From the human T2T-CHM13v2.0 reference genome, Homo sapiens: 64,000 nucleotides of DNA. Made by a program: the position numbers and the translations under genes. Below the pieces are notes generated by a model. It was not told the DNA's origin and ran no database searches. It saw only the letters and a program-made list of their open reading frames with translations. The stretch is from NCBI RefSeq assembly GCF_009914755.1, contig NC_060937.1; one strand, written 5' to 3'. Shown here one piece after another: positions 15,105 to 30,641 of this stretch (positions within the stretch are counted from its first letter, which is position 1; every line of letters starts with the position of its first letter).

Positions 15105-17355
15105 GAAATGTTTGTTGAGCCTATATATGGTCAAATTCTCACCAACATGGGACTGTACTGATTCACTTTCTTATCTCTGCTCCTCAAGCCTAAACAGCAC
15201 AGGGCAGCAGCCCATGGCTCTGACGGGGCAGCTCTCTTCCTGTTTACCATCGTGGTGGACTGCTGCTCTCTTCCAAGTCAGTCTAATGAGATACAATGAG
15301 TCTCGGGAAAATACTAGGAAACTGGAAATTTGAAAACAAGAAGGTCGAGTGACATGAGAACTCTCTAGATGATGGATTCTGAGAAAGTGAGAATGCTGAC
15401 TTGGAGTTCAAGAAAGGGCTGAGAAGGCTGAGAGGAAATCCTGAAACGGCCTCCTGGAAATGGGTCTGGCTGTGCACCGTGTCCAGGACTTTCCAGCTTG
15501 CTGTCTACAGATAGTTCCTTGCCTCAAGCTTTGAGTAGTCTATTTCTTTTTACGATGATGGCAAATTTGTGGGCAGACAATCCCCAATCAAGCTTCCGAC
15601 CCCTCATTAATTTGTAATATGTTCAATTGTTGCCACTAAATATAAAACGATTTACCTGCACTTAGAAAGGAATTGGCTTAATACACTGCATGACCACAGG
15701 GCATTGTCTATTCCATTTCCCCCTGGCTGTCTTTCCCTTTCAAACCTTCACGCTGCTGTGCATAAAGGGAGTACACAACAGGCAATGCCCACCTCGCCCC
15801 AGCAATCCCTGGGAGTAGCGGTTTCAATCATCAGGTCCCTTTCTTTCATTGCCCATGTGATCCCTCCCTCCACCCTTTCACCGTTTAAAAGAAATGAAAG
15901 GAGCAAATCTAAACATGAGTTTCAAGCTATTCTTGTACCAGGAACAATATATTCTTAAGCACTACATGCATCCTAGATTTGTCTCGATGTGGTCCATTTA
16001 TTTTAATTTGGGACTGTCAACAGAAAAGAAAAAAAAAGAAGTAATTAAACTTGTGACTAGCATGGAAAAACATTTTAGGTCCTAATGCAGCGGCGTGATC
16101 CCACCAGTTTCACCAGATTTCTTCTACTTGTCAGATCAAAGTCTCAACTCCTAAAATTCAGCCATGCTTTGATTAATTACTTCATACAATGACTTTGCAA
16201 ATTATAGTTCTATGTGATTTATGTCATTTTTAGCTTCAATCAGATTTTTTTTTTTTTGGTTGCTCTATTCACAGAGCCAGTCAGCCTTCACCTTGGAGAA
16301 AGCATGTTTTAAAATTGCATTACAGTGTTTTGTGCTCCAAGAAGAGTGAGACATAAGAGTTTTCAATAATATGTTGCAGCTTAACGAGAATGTAGGAGAA
16401 ACCTGTTATACCAGTTGGAGATCAGACTTGAAAAAATGGATTTCCTTCCTACTATCTCCAAGTTTATTGGCTGTGCTTCCCCCCTTTTCCTTATATGCCT
16501 ACATTTCTCTCCCCGACCTGGGTCACTTACATAAGAAATATAAAGCATTAAAAGAAAAGAATAGAAATATAAAACATTGCTTTTAGGCTTCTTTCCCTAT
16601 TTTCCCCCATCTGCAATTTCTAGTTTAAATAAATAAGGCTGAATTTATTTGAAATTATTAAATTGGTTCTCTCCAAAATTAGACAGTAGATGGAATGTCT
16701 TTTAGGAAAAGTGCAACACAATTTGTGGTGTGTCCTTTTGAATAGGAGACAAGAAAAAGCTCCTCCATGCTCTGCTAGCTCAGATTATTCATTGAAAGTA
16801 GAAAAAATCTCCTGTCCTGAACCCGAAGCCACCTGAGTCTTTGCTTTTCGGATGTGATTTCAGGTAGGGCTGACAGCTTTGTGGTCTTTGTGCTCTTAAA
16901 ATATTGATTTAGTGAGGGCTGTGCTCACGTCCCAAGGAGTCTGAGGTTTTGGTTTTTAAAGAGGTGGGGGGCAGTTCATGGAGTAGGGCAACTGCATTGA
17001 AGACTGAAAATGCAAAGTAGGAAAAAAACAAACAAACCAAAAGTGACAACCTTACAAGAGATTGTCACCAGCTACCCAAGCAGACTCAATGCACGTTTAC
17101 AACTCACAGCTGTGCATATTTCCAAATGAAATAAACCAAGGAACGTGAGTTGCAATAAACATAAGTCGGCACAGATAGCCTTGCATTCATTTTTAAAATA
17201 AAAATCCCACAACCGTGATATAAACATTATAAATATTAATATTTCCCTTCTTATTGAAAACGATAACTATGACAGAATTATTATCCATGAGGCCAAAAGA
17301 GAATAATATTGCCAAAAATCTTAATGAAATTTTTGTATTAATATTATGAAAGTCA

Positions 17356-17797
<442 letters not shown>

Positions 17798-17849
17798 AAA
17801 ATAGAGGGAACAATAATCTATAATTCGACCTTCCTTATACATCTACTCT

Positions 17850-18420
17850 AGTTTTTTGGGTGCATTTCTTTCCAGTCTCTATTTCTTAAGCATAGATTAA
17901 CTTTTACATTGCAATCAGAGTTTAAATAGGTTTTTGTTCATTATTTACCTCCTATTACATCATAAATACTTTTTATATTACTCTTAGACTGCATAATGTT
18001 TCAAGTGAATACACTATAATTTACTTAACCATTTCATGGTTTGCAGTTATTTATTTTTTTCTCAGTTATTTAATATTATAAACAATGCTGGAATAAACAG
18101 CTTGGGACATGTAAGAATTTTAGGTTCATTTCTTAGACTAGATTCCCAAAAGTGCAATTACTGGGTCAAAGTTTTTGATGTATTTACTGCCAAATTATTT
18201 TCTATCAATTTATAATGTCAAGAGCAATATATAAAATATCAGTCTTATACAAGTTGGCAGACATTTTATTATAACTTTAAAAACAGTTTGATTCATTTAT
18301 TGATGAAAATACTTTTCTTCAATCTTTATGTGTTTGGTTTTCCGCCAGGGTCTGTATGTTTCCAATACAGACTCACCATTTGTCATTCTGCCTCCCTGAG
18401 TTATCTATTCATCCTTCTGA
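17850..18420 (-). mobile_element. Old L1M fragment
   Basis: aacaatgctggaataaacagc...gattcccaaaagtgcaattactgggtcaaag matches the L1 3' reverse complement. Confidence 0.65.
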
Positions 18421-18429
18421 TCTAGCTGT

Positions 18430-19681
18430 CACTTCCTTTATTCATCCCTTTCCTTATCATCTTGAGTGATTAACTCCTAACCCTCATCTTACTGACATAT
18501 TGGAGTATTACTTTCTTAAAACATCATCTTCCTTTGTCTCCTCTCACACCACCGTCTCCTGTTTTCTCTTCTCTTTGTCACCTTCTCTCAGTGTATTTCA
18601 AAGAATTGGGATGTCTCTGTTTGGTACACTATTCTCTTCTCACTTGCCACCCTCTTGCTAGATGATTCCATCCTTCCCTGTGGCTATGAATACAATTCAT
18701 ATGTAGACGACTTATATATGTTCAGCAAGATCTGTCCTCTGACTCGTATTTCTAATTATCTACAGTAGGTTGCAAATGAAACATCTCTAAAATAATATCG
18801 TTAAGACCAACTTCTTAAATTTCACCCCAAATTTATTTCTCTCTATTTTCTCCATCTGAGAAGTGGCATTCCCACTCACTGCTGCTCCAAGGAGACATTT
18901 CTGGGCCCTCCCTTCCTTCTTCTGCCTGTGCAGGTTCCTCGCTGCAACCCTGCCTCCGAACCTGTCTGTTTTCTTCCATCTTCACTGCCACCTCCATAGT
19001 TTAGGCCATTGAAATTTATGTGGACTATCACCAATTTTAGCTAGCTTCCTCTCTGCTCCACATTCCTTTTGTCATTATGCAGCCAGAAGGTTATTTTAAA
19101 AACAAAATTAGATTGTGTGTCTCTCCCTTGCTTATAATTCTTCAAAAGCTTCCCACAGCACTTGAAATAAGACCCATATTCCTCAATCAGGCCTGTAAGA
19201 CCAGGAATGATTTCCCCCCAGCTACTTCCATCAACTTCTCTCTTGCCATTCTTACCTCTCAACTGTCCAGCCACATCCATCGCCCCTTCTCGGACATGCC
19301 AAGTACCATCCTGCGTCTGAGCCTGAGATGAGCCTGGATCACGCATTCCCTGATTCCTTACCTGGATCTCTATGTTTCATCTGTCAGCTCTTGCTTTAAT
19401 GCCACCTTCTCAGAGAGAAATGTCCATGATTTCTTACTGAAGACATTTCCGCAGACTTTTAATTTCTGTAATAACATTTGTTTCCTTGATAACCCTCAAA
19501 ACAGTTTGAAATTGTACCTTTCAGCACTTTGTTTGCTCATAAATAAGCAAATATTTGCCTCCCACTCTGAGCTGTGAGCTCCACAGGGTCAGGGATCCTG
19601 TCCATTTACACCACTGTACCCCAGCACTGACAAAATACCTGGTACAGCACAGCACTCAATGCATAGTTACTGAATGAATGT
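18430..19681 (+). mobile_element. L2 3' portion
   Basis: Ends ctgtgagctccacagggtcagggatcctgtc...cactcaatgcatagttactgaatgaatg, the L2 tail. Confidence 0.8.
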
Positions 19682-19689
19682 TCACCAAC

Positions 19690-20340
19690 AGCATTTTACT
19701 TTATCTTTTGGACAGTAGGGAGGCACTGTAAGATCTCAACTGTGGGATTGGTATTTGGCAAGAAGAATGATGATGGGTCATTTGGCAGAAGCCTGGAGAA
19801 TGGGATGATAGAGGGGCATAACTGGAATGCAAGTGAACTAGTTAGGTGCCTGTTGGAATCTTGAGACTAGAGATGAGGAGAGTCCACACTAAGGAGATAA
19901 GATGTCCAGCACACTAAGTACAATGCTGGGTGCAAACTCAAGAGTCCATTCAGTTTGGCAACCAACAAGCTTTCTTTGTAAAAGTAGATTTACGGGGTCA
20001 ATAGGGACAGCCGACACATTGCTTAAGGTTGCAGGCCGGAAGAGAAGCCTGACACCAGCAGGTATGGAGATCCTTGAGGAGCTAGGCTGTGAGAGAAGGA
20101 CAGGGAGGGGGATAAGAGGAGAGGAGTGTGGGATTGAGGGTGGGATTTTAATTTTAAAAGAAACAACTTGCGCACACACTCTTATTTTGTAGGGGGCACA
20201 AATGGAATAGAGAGGGAGAAGGTGGATATGGAGGAGGGAAAGAGGCCAAGAGGTGAGCAAGCCCAGTTCTTTGCATGCTGTGTGGAGCGTGGGTGGAAGT
20301 GCCAGTCTTGAATGGGAGAATGGGAAACACTTGCTTTCCT
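19690..20340 (-). mobile_element. L2 fragment
   Basis: tggacagtagggaggcactgtaagatc...gagactagagatgaggagagtc: L2 reverse-complement motifs. Confidence 0.5.
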
Positions 20341-22319
20341 TTGAGACGGAAGAAATGGTGATGGTGGGTGCAGAAACAGCTAGGTTGTCAGTGTCGTCAC
20401 TAGCAAGGTTCTTATCCTTCTAGCTTCCATGTAAGCTCCTTGAGGATAGGGCATAATTTTAGGATTCTTTGGCATCTTCCCAAATACAGACCTAATTTCT
20501 GGGCACAGAGGAGAAGTCAGTCCAAGGTAGGTGATTATGTGAGGTAGGAATTTAACCCCATGAGGCATATTCACACAAATTTGTTCACACCGGCTTGTGT
20601 GGTTGACTTCCTGTTACTCCAGAAACCACTTATAAGCCACATGCGTAACATCTTTAACCAAAGTGCCAGGCTTTCACCCTGCTGTCATCGCACCATCCCA
20701 CTGCTGCAGCACTCTCTATCCCACAGCTGGGCAGCACTATGAGCCTCACTGCATCCAAACCTGTCTCCAGTCCACTGCCCATACTTCACAGGAGAGACTG
20801 GTGTGCCCTCCTTTTTCTTAATTCATTGATGTATGAAGAGCAACAACCTGTAAAGGGAATGGTGGCTTTGCTCCTCTCACACCAGTGACTACGATGTGTG
20901 ACTGTGGCCTCATGTCTGCTGCCTACCAAGACCTTTCTACATTGCCTCGTTGGTACTTTTCAGCTTCTTGGGCACAGGATCAAGTTCGGGGGGCAGGGCA
21001 GAGCCAGACACAGCCAGGAGATTTAGCAAATCTCTGTGTCTTCATGGTCCACTGTACAAATGAGTCCAGGGTCTAAAAAAGTAATCAGCTCACAGATGTG
21101 TCCATTGAAATGGAAGAGACCACCAGTGGCAGCCTACTAACAACTACCTCTAGGCTCTTTATGCCGATGGCTATGAACTTTCTCTCACTGGGACATTTGT
21201 TAACATGGAAAGAAGTCCAAAATACATACTGGCTCAGTCTAACTCCCTCTGTGCTCCCTACGCTCCAGCTTCCTGTTGAAGAGAGGAGAATTTTGTTCCC
21301 ACTGTGCAAGTCATTTTATCTGGATTCAATCTACTGAATTGTGCTTGGTGACCACTATTTAATCTTGATTGGGTATTATTACTGGCAGCACAGCCTCAGG
21401 AAGGAAATAGCAGCTTCAGGAGGAAAGATTATTTAAATGATATATTTCAGCAAAAATACATGTATATCTGTATTAATATATAATCTTATATTTCATAATG
21501 CATAGAAATAATAGATAATATATTTTATATATGTATGTATCCTATTTCTTTATGTCTCTTAAACTCAGAAATATTCTTTCCTGTTCTTTACTTGTTTACA
21601 GGTAGACTTTTCTGGAAGACCCAGACCTCGAGTTGGAATGGGGAGAACACTTAAACACTTGATGTGCAGACATCCTGAGCTTCAGCTGATCTTACAAGCA
21701 CAAAGGTCTTTTGTAGGAGGAATGTACCTACAAATGTCTGAATCGTCTAAAATATCAGAACTTATAAGTCAGCATTTTCATATAAAAGTGAATTAGAAGC
21801 AGTTTGAGAATGCAGTGCTAATTCATATATGCATACATTCATAACTTGCATAAATATGTTAAAAGTTGTTTGGAAATGTGACCCAATGACATGGATCCTA
21901 CTTCTAGACTTTTGAAAATATCTGCATATGGTTCTTATCCTTTAGCACTAACATGACACATATAAACAGATGTAAATAGCTAAAAGGGGCCTGTAAGCTA
22001 CTTTGTAAGCACGGCAGGCAAATACTTCACCAAACTTCTTGGCATGGTGAATATCACCTCTGCCTACCTACACTGTGGGTGAAAGTCCTTAGACCTTGGG
22101 TTATGATGTAAGTCATGGATCTCAGAATTAGGAAGGATATCTGAGGAACTTAGCAGAATGATTTAATCAGTGTCAAGGCAACTTCTTCACCTTTTCAGAG
22201 TAGTGGTCACCCAGCCTGTTGGAATATGCCCCTCCAAGTGTGCTGAAATTTACAGAGATGATAAGAAAAAAGTTAATATGGGGATAACTATTGTTAATGT
22301 TTTGCTTATTTCCTTCTAG

Positions 22320-22640
<321 letters not shown>

Positions 22641-23009
22641 CCTCCTTCTAGTCTTTTAATTATAGATTTACAAACTTGTGAATATATAGTGTGTAGTTTT
22701 GTTATCTTTTTTCTCCCAATAGTACATCATAGGCATAGCTCCTGACCAACATGAGCTGTGTAAGGCCTGCCTTGCACTGCCTTCTGCTGTGTGAATGAAC
22801 GAATAATTTATTTACCTACTCTCCTGATGTTTGATGTTAACAATATTTTACCACCATAAATAATGTTGTTACAGACATGCTTGTGCCTGAATGTCTATGC
22901 CTATCTCTATTTCCTTAAGATAGATCCTGAGAAGTGGAATCAATTTTAGTGTTTTAAGGTATCATTTATTAACAACTTCTAGGAAGTGTGTACCAAATTT
23001 TAGACCTAA

Positions 23010-23381
<372 letters not shown>

Positions 23382-23553
23382 TGTTACTTTGATGGAAACT
23401 GAATGATACTCTGTTTTGAAACCATATGTCTCTGTTGATATATGTGACAGTAATTGTCATTATTCATCTGAAATTTTTTTTATTGGTTTGTTGATACTCC
23501 TTGTTCATTTTTTTTAAATTAAAATAATGGTATACATTTCCCTGGTCCTATCT

Positions 23554-23731
23554 CAGTCATTCTCAACCCTGGCTGTGCACAAGAATCACCTGGGGTGCTT
23601 TTAATAAGTATACGAATGCCAGGCCCCTTCCCAGCGATTCTGGTTTCACTGGCCTGGATTGGGGGTACTGGCATTGGTATTTTTTCAGTTCCCTAGGTGA
23701 CTTTCTCTGCATCCAGAGTTGAACACCACCA
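23554..23731 (+). mobile_element. MER5B/MER5A1-type MITE
   Basis: cagtcattctcaaccctggctgtgcacaagaatcacctgggg...ccagagttgaacaccac. Confidence 0.8.
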
Positions 23732-23824
23732 ATCTAGACTCTCCAGATAATAACCCGCTGCCTTCTTATGTTCTCCTGCTTAACAAATTTATAGATGTTT
23801 ACATTTCTGACAATAAAATCTAAG

Positions 23825-24080
23825 CACGGGTTGCAGAGAGTTTAAGGTATGTACTCAGATGCTAGACTGCCTGGGTTTAAATCCTGCCTTTGTCCTTTGT
23901 AAGCTATCTCACCTTGAGTGAGTCGCATTATCTCTCACTGCCTCGAGTTTCTGTGCTGTAAACTGAGATTAATTTATAGTGTGCACCCTATGTCTTTGTT
24001 AGAAAGATTAAATTGGTTGGTATTTATAAAGCTTATACAACAATGCCTAGTACGTTGTAAGCATTAGACGAATGTAGCCA
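23825..24080 (+). mobile_element. MIR
   Basis: gctagactgcctgggtttaaatcctgcc...gcctcgagtttctgtgctgtaaa. Confidence 0.8.
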
Positions 24081-25300
24081 GTTTTTTCCTTTATCGTTTC
24101 TTTTGTTGGTTTTAGTCTAAGAAAGTATTTTCCTTCCCTAAGATCAGGTAAATATTGGTGTGTATTCGCTCCCAAGTTGCGTGTTTTATTTTTTTCTATA
24201 TCGATTTCATTGCCTCTGAGGTCTGTACTTCTCTCTGTCCTGGGATGAAGTTGATGTAGAAAGAACAAGCCAATCCACTGGGGCCCCAAGAGGCTGACGT
24301 TCAATCTCTCTAACCCTGCATTCCACCTCAACCACTTATTCCTGATTTCAGGAGACCAACAGAATTTGGTTTTGGGTGTTGTTGCTTAACTTTCAACACC
24401 CATGTAAAATGACTCTGGTATGTACTTCGTTGTATGTTTTAAACTCGTTCCTCTGCTTAACTTGGGCCTTATCATCTCGTATTTGTCTGCACACCTCTCT
24501 GGATCTCAAAGACAGACCAACTGTCAAGAGGCTACAAATTGCTGATGATGACAGATTCAACATACCTCTGTAAAAATCAAAGAGAGAGAATATTATGGCA
24601 GGCACACGAGCACAAGTTGATGCAAAATGACCTACGACCATCATTGTCAAGTATTTTACTTCCGCGGTATCCAGAAAAGGTGATTCATGGTATGAAGATG
24701 AGAAGTTTGATCGTGGGATTTTGAAATGAGCCTCAACAATGATATGAGAAAGCACATCTTGGTAGCTTTTGTTCTTTCCCTGATTATCACCTCCTGCTCA
24801 CACAGTCATTTCTTCCTTCAATTCTCCCAGATGTTGGAAGTCAACCTCATTGTTTCGGTTCATGAATTATATTGTGCAATAAGTTAAATGAAAGGAGTTG
24901 AATTGCAACAAAAACAACAGTAAAATTTTTATGAATTTCACTTTAGGGAAGAGTATAAACATCTTCTTTGTTTTCAACTTATCAATTTTCAATCAGCTTT
25001 TTAGGAGCAGCCTTTCCAACTTGCTTTTAGGAATGATAGTATCAGCAAACACAGGAGAAAGACGCTGTATGGGCCAGCAGCTGTAAGACGCCAGGATATT
25101 GGAAGTTTCAGCTGGTATGTCTGAGTCACGCTCAGTTTTGTGGTCCCTGTTTTTATTTCCCAAAATACTTTAATAGTGACAGAGGTTATTGAAATGTATG
25201 GCTATCCTAAAAGTACCAGGAGACTTGATCCAGTTTTACAAGGCTGGAATATTTGCATTCTTTGCATCTTGTAAATTACAATCACCAAATGCTTCTATAG

Positions 25301-25737
<437 letters not shown>

Positions 25738-26100
25738 GGAGATATATGATTTTTAAAACCATAAATGCTCATATTTGCAAAGGAGCTGAGAGATCTAATA
25801 CTAGGATTTAAGTCCACTGCTGAGTTAAAAGCCTGGCATAGGAGAATGTTTGTTGAATGAATGAAAAGTTATTTGCTATATGGAACAGCAGTAAATATAT
25901 CATCTGGGTCGCTGACTTATGTACTACCATTGCTTTAGTTAGGTCTAATATCCCATTTAAATTAAAATACTGGACTGCACTGTATTATATGTTGAGTCAG
26001 ATTTCTCCCAGTCATAATAGAAGAACTACTGTAAGTTACGTTAATACTTGGAAACCACTTGAGTACCCTTTAGTGCAAAGAGACTGTGCTGATTAAATTT

Positions 26101-27000
26101 CCGCTCACGTAGCTTCTGTAAGTCTTTACCCCACTCCCAAGAAGGAGTTTGAGCCTTAGGAAACCCTGGCTCCCTGGATTCTCTTTCCCGCGGGATGGGC
26201 TAATGATGGGGGTAGGGTGGGAGTAGAGCAATTATTTTTCGCCAACTCCAACCACTGCAGGAAGACGCCGGCTACAGAGGTCACGTTTCTCTTGTTTACT
26301 GGCCGTGGACATTTCTGTTGCGTAGTTCTTTTGTTTTCTCTGGGTGTAATCTCTGTTGCACATGGAGTTCAGACAATGTAGATGACCCTGTCGTCCACGG
26401 ACAGAGTTCTCCGTCAAGACATTGTTGCCCCTCACTGGGCCAAAGTCCCATTTTAGTACGAGAGAAAAAAAAAAAAAGAAACAATGGAGACAAATTTAGA
26501 CACTGATGGGAAAAGAAAAGCAGTGCACTGTCCACCCCAGCCCTAAGAAGCTGCACCCACCAGGTCATTTCCTTTCACCTTCTCAGGGATTCCCAGCGAC
26601 GCAGAAGCGCTTGTGTGTGCCAAAGCCGAGGGCAGATGATTCACATGTGGCTGACCCTTGCCACGTTAAGTTCATGTCCCAGGAGAGCCTTCTAAAAAAA
26701 AAACTACACTCCATGTTTCCAATCAGAAGCAAGATTAATCTCTCCGTTAAAATCTAGACGGGATCATTATCAGCTTTATTTTCCCACCCACTCCTGGCCA
26801 GCATTAAACCTTGCGCCAGATGCATCTTAGCACATTCCATATTCACCAGCCTGTATCCTCTGACGGGGGATAAAGCGGCCTCTGCTGAGCCCATTTTTCG
26901 CTTCTTGGTCCCATTCTGAAGGAACAGCTTCATCTCATGTATTCGTGTGCTCTCTGCTCCCCCTGACTCTAGACAATGTAAATGGACTCGGTGATGGGAG
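26101..27000. promoter_or_regulatory. CpG-retaining unique segment (candidate enhancer or weak CpG island)
   Basis: About 27 CpG counted by hand in 900 bp of non-repeat sequence, well above the flanks. Confidence 0.45.
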
Positions 27001-28715
27001 GAGGCATTTATCAGCATGTGAGATGGATAAGGGTGTTTGAAGGTATCCGCACTGTGTACTATTCGTGCTGGGATGTATGTGTCTACTCTAGAGACCTAGA
27101 TAGTAAATGTAACAAGCACTAAGACTGCAATCTCCTCTTGCACTGTCTAGTTAATGAGCTGTGAAACCAGACAGATGCGGCTGTAAATACGTAATACTAT
27201 TTCACATGGGAATAATGTCTGGTTTGAAATCATCTACCACATCACTGGAAGATCTCTTTTTAGCTGGTCACTGAGTGTCATCGTAAAGTGTTTAATAATT
27301 ACTTACATATTTAGTGGGAAATTCCTTATAGGTGCATATCATCGGCGTTATCACAAATACCATATACATTCCATTTTCAAGCAGTTTTAAAATCTCATAC
27401 ACAGGTTCTACACAGGTATATAAGGCATAATTATTAGACCATCTATATGTACTAATACCCTATAGTTTACTTAATTTAAGTGGATGCAACTTATGGAGCA
27501 CAACTTTTCAACCTGCAAGCTTTTCTTCTAGTTTCAGTTCCTGAGGGCGTCATTTCCCTCCATCATGTCTCCCCCGAAGTCTCCACTTTTTAAACTTGTA
27601 AGAAAGGGAATGTGACAGCAGAGAGGAGAAAAGTAGCAGGGAGGAGAAAAGGCAGCAGAGAGGAAAAAGTAGGTAGCAATTAGAGGTACGTGAATTGAAG
27701 GAGGGAATTGTGAAACCAGGGCTGAGAAAAAGAAATCCAATGTTGACTCGTTTCTTTTTAATCCCGAAGAAAAATGCAGCTGGTTTATTGTAAATGAACA
27801 TGCAGTTACCATGTTTGAAATGGTTTAAATATAGAGAAAATAAAGGGCGCATGCGAAGGTACAAGTGCACACTCTTGCATGGCTTTTTTATAATTTGCCT
27901 AAAATACAACTTTCTAGTTTCCCAAAATACACTATCCCACCAAAGATCTGGACATCTTTTGCCACAGAACTTCACACATTTCATTTGATAGGTATTCAAA
28001 ACACTATAGGATGAAAACCAGAATTTTTAACCTTTGAATCTCTCCATTTCTCTCTCCTCAATACCTTGTGCAGCATTTATCTGGTTCTGGCCTAACAGAA
28101 TCTCACCAGGACGGCTCAGAGCTCTCTGCGCTCGGCAATGCCTGTCATCCGGGTCAGCCCCACTCTCTTATATGTCTTCCCCTGCATCCTCCTCCCCCGG
28201 CCCATCTCATTTCCTATCTCTGTTCTTCTTTACTTTCCCCTTGCTATGTTTCTCTCCTTGGTTTGTATTAAACCCTGTAACTGGTAATTGCACTATTTGG
28301 TGCTGAATGTTTAGGATGCAAATGGAAATGAGGAGGTTGCGTCACGGTATATGAAGCAGAGTGATGCCGTGCAGTGAAATTAGGGGAGGCCATGTAGAGA
28401 GGGTTCCACACAGGCAAGAAATTTATACTGGATGTTCTTTATATTCCCTAAGGGAGCGACTAAAGACTTTATAAAGGTAAAAACGATTACATATTAAACT
28501 TTTCATTGTCTGTTCTTTTGATGCCATGCCTTCCTATTTACTTAGTGAACATATGGTCAGTTCGGTGACCCCTCTTGCTCGTGATAGGATGCATACAACC
28601 TGGGGCAAGAGCCTGTATTTGGTCCCCTGTCTAAATTGTCTCCTTAATCGTGGGGCTTCGTCGTCACAGGACCAGACAGAGCCGCCTGTGAAAGACTGGA
28701 AATGAGAGTTTCAAA

Positions 28716-28933
28716 CAAGGTTTCTCAACTGCAGGTGCTAGTGACACGGGGCTGATCATTCTTGACTGTGGAGTGTCCTGTGCACTGGCGGATGTTCAGC
28801 AGCAACCCTGATATCTACCCACTAGATGCTATAGAATTCACCCCCACACCCACCATGTGAGAATCGAAAGTGTCTCCCTACTTTGCCAAATGTACCCAAT
28901 GCAGGAAAATCAGACCCCATTTGAGAAGCGCTA
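28716..28933 (-). mobile_element. MER20 (hAT-Charlie)
   Basis: caaggtttctcaac...tgtcctgtgcactggcggatgttcagcagca...tctacccactagatgc...ttgagaagcgct. Confidence 0.85.
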
Positions 28934-28944
28934 GGTTAGGATCT

Positions 28945-29355
28945 TATAGCATTCATGACCTTCTTCCCACTCTTGACCACATCACATTGTTCTGCTTCAG
29001 AACATTTGAACTACCACGTCCTCATCCTGGACTTAGCTTCCCCAGAGCTTTACACACCTCACTTCCTGAAATGGTTCTGCTCAAAAGTCACCTCAAAAGA
29101 TGGTGGGGAGATCTTCCCCAACCATCCCTTCTTAGATAATGTGTTCTCCCCTCACCAATCCTACCTTCTCTCTCTCCTTAACCTGCTGCATTTATCCCTA
29201 CGTGCGTTTATCTTATATTCTTGTTTGTTTGTGTTGGCTTCACTTACTAGAACTTAAACTCCTCGAGAGCTGAAACTTTCACTTGTTCACAAATGTATTC
29301 TGTGCAATACCTGCCATGCGGAATGTGGTCTGCATATTTGTTGAATAAACGAATG
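28945..29355 (+). mobile_element. L2 3' end
   Basis: actagaacttaaactcctcgagagc...atatttgttgaataaacgaatg. Confidence 0.7.
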
Positions 29356-30109
29356 GCTGCTGAATCTGAGCCACCAATCCTGCTGCAGACAAATCCAGAA
29401 TCTGAGCCTGCCTGTTGAAGAGATGCACGTGAGGGAATTTGCTCATGTCCAAGGCTCGAGTGCCCACAAATCTTTCAGTTTCCATTCATTTATCATTGGT
29501 TAATACTATGAATTTTTCCCACCATGGAAGATTTATTTTAAAAAAATACGTTCTCACATTCATGGTGAATAAGTGTTTGGTGTTTAATCTTTCTTTCCCG
29601 TGGAAAACAACATTGTGAGACCATTGTTCTTCCCTTTTCCTTTTCTAAATCATTATCAAGATGTTAAAGGAAGTGATGCTAGTCATTCAACCAATGATTC
29701 CTTCCCTGAGTCAAATTTCAGATCTTTAATTTTAAGAAATTATATGTTACATAATTTTAATATATTATACATATATAATTTTTAAAATTAAAATAATGCA
29801 TGTACACATTGTTTGCTTTGCTTTGCTTTTTCTTATTGAGCTGGTTTCTACCCTGGAAGGAAATGAACTGTTGAAGCAAACTGGTGCCAGATGTGCTGGA
29901 ACTGAGTGTTTACTTGCATCAAGAATGTCCTTCTCATAGAGGAACTATGGTTTTGCAAAGAGCCTCAACATTTGTGTGGACCCTAGGGCACAAGCGTTCA
30001 AATTGTTGAAATGTCACATTCCTAGACAGGAACATGTAGTGGATTCAGGTCCCCTTGGAGCATTTATCATCTAGGTGCTACTCTTACTGTCCCTTGAAGG
30101 AAGTATGAT

Positions 30110-30365
30110 TTTATTGTCAGAGAGAGGGTCTATAGGTCAGTCAAGTTGGGTTCAGATACAGCCTCCGTCATCCACTAACTGTTTTACCTTGGTAAAGACA
30201 CCAAATTTGCAGGCCTCAGTTTCCTTATCCATGAAATGAAAATAGATAGTTGTATCTGCCATGCAGGACTGTTGGATTATTAAAGGAGATCATCCTCATG
30301 AAGCCCAGGAACAGTGCCTGCAATGTAGAAAGTTTTATAAACTGGCAATTTTTGTTGTTGTTTTA
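30110..30365 (+). mobile_element. MIR
   Basis: gcctcagtttccttatccatgaaatg core. Confidence 0.75.
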
Positions 30366-30634
30366 ATGCAGTTTAATTCCAGTTCTGAGCGAAAGAAATC
30401 CTGTCAATACTGGCTGGGAATATTTTCTGGTTCAACTATGCTCAATTCTGGCCTATTCTATGCAGGAAATGGGAGAAAACAATGAGTTCTAATTTTTTAT
30501 TTAAAAATAATATTTATGTTACTCCTCATTTATATAAGTAATATTTATTCATTATAGAAAATTTGAGAAATAAAGAAGAGAAAAAATGAACTTCAAATTT
30601 TCAACATTTATGTGTTGAATTTAGTGATGTCTTT

Positions 30635-30641
<7 letters not shown>

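Noticed and set aside
21575-21610. Strong isolated acceptor tttacttgtttacag|gtagac (recursive-splice-like AG|GT)
   Set aside because: The regenerated donor is weak and no downstream donor is evident; cannot be supported without RNA data.
24393-24755. 120-aa minus-strand ORF in unique sequence
   Set aside because: No recognisable family, non-ATG start, and no polyA/TSD to suggest a processed pseudogene.
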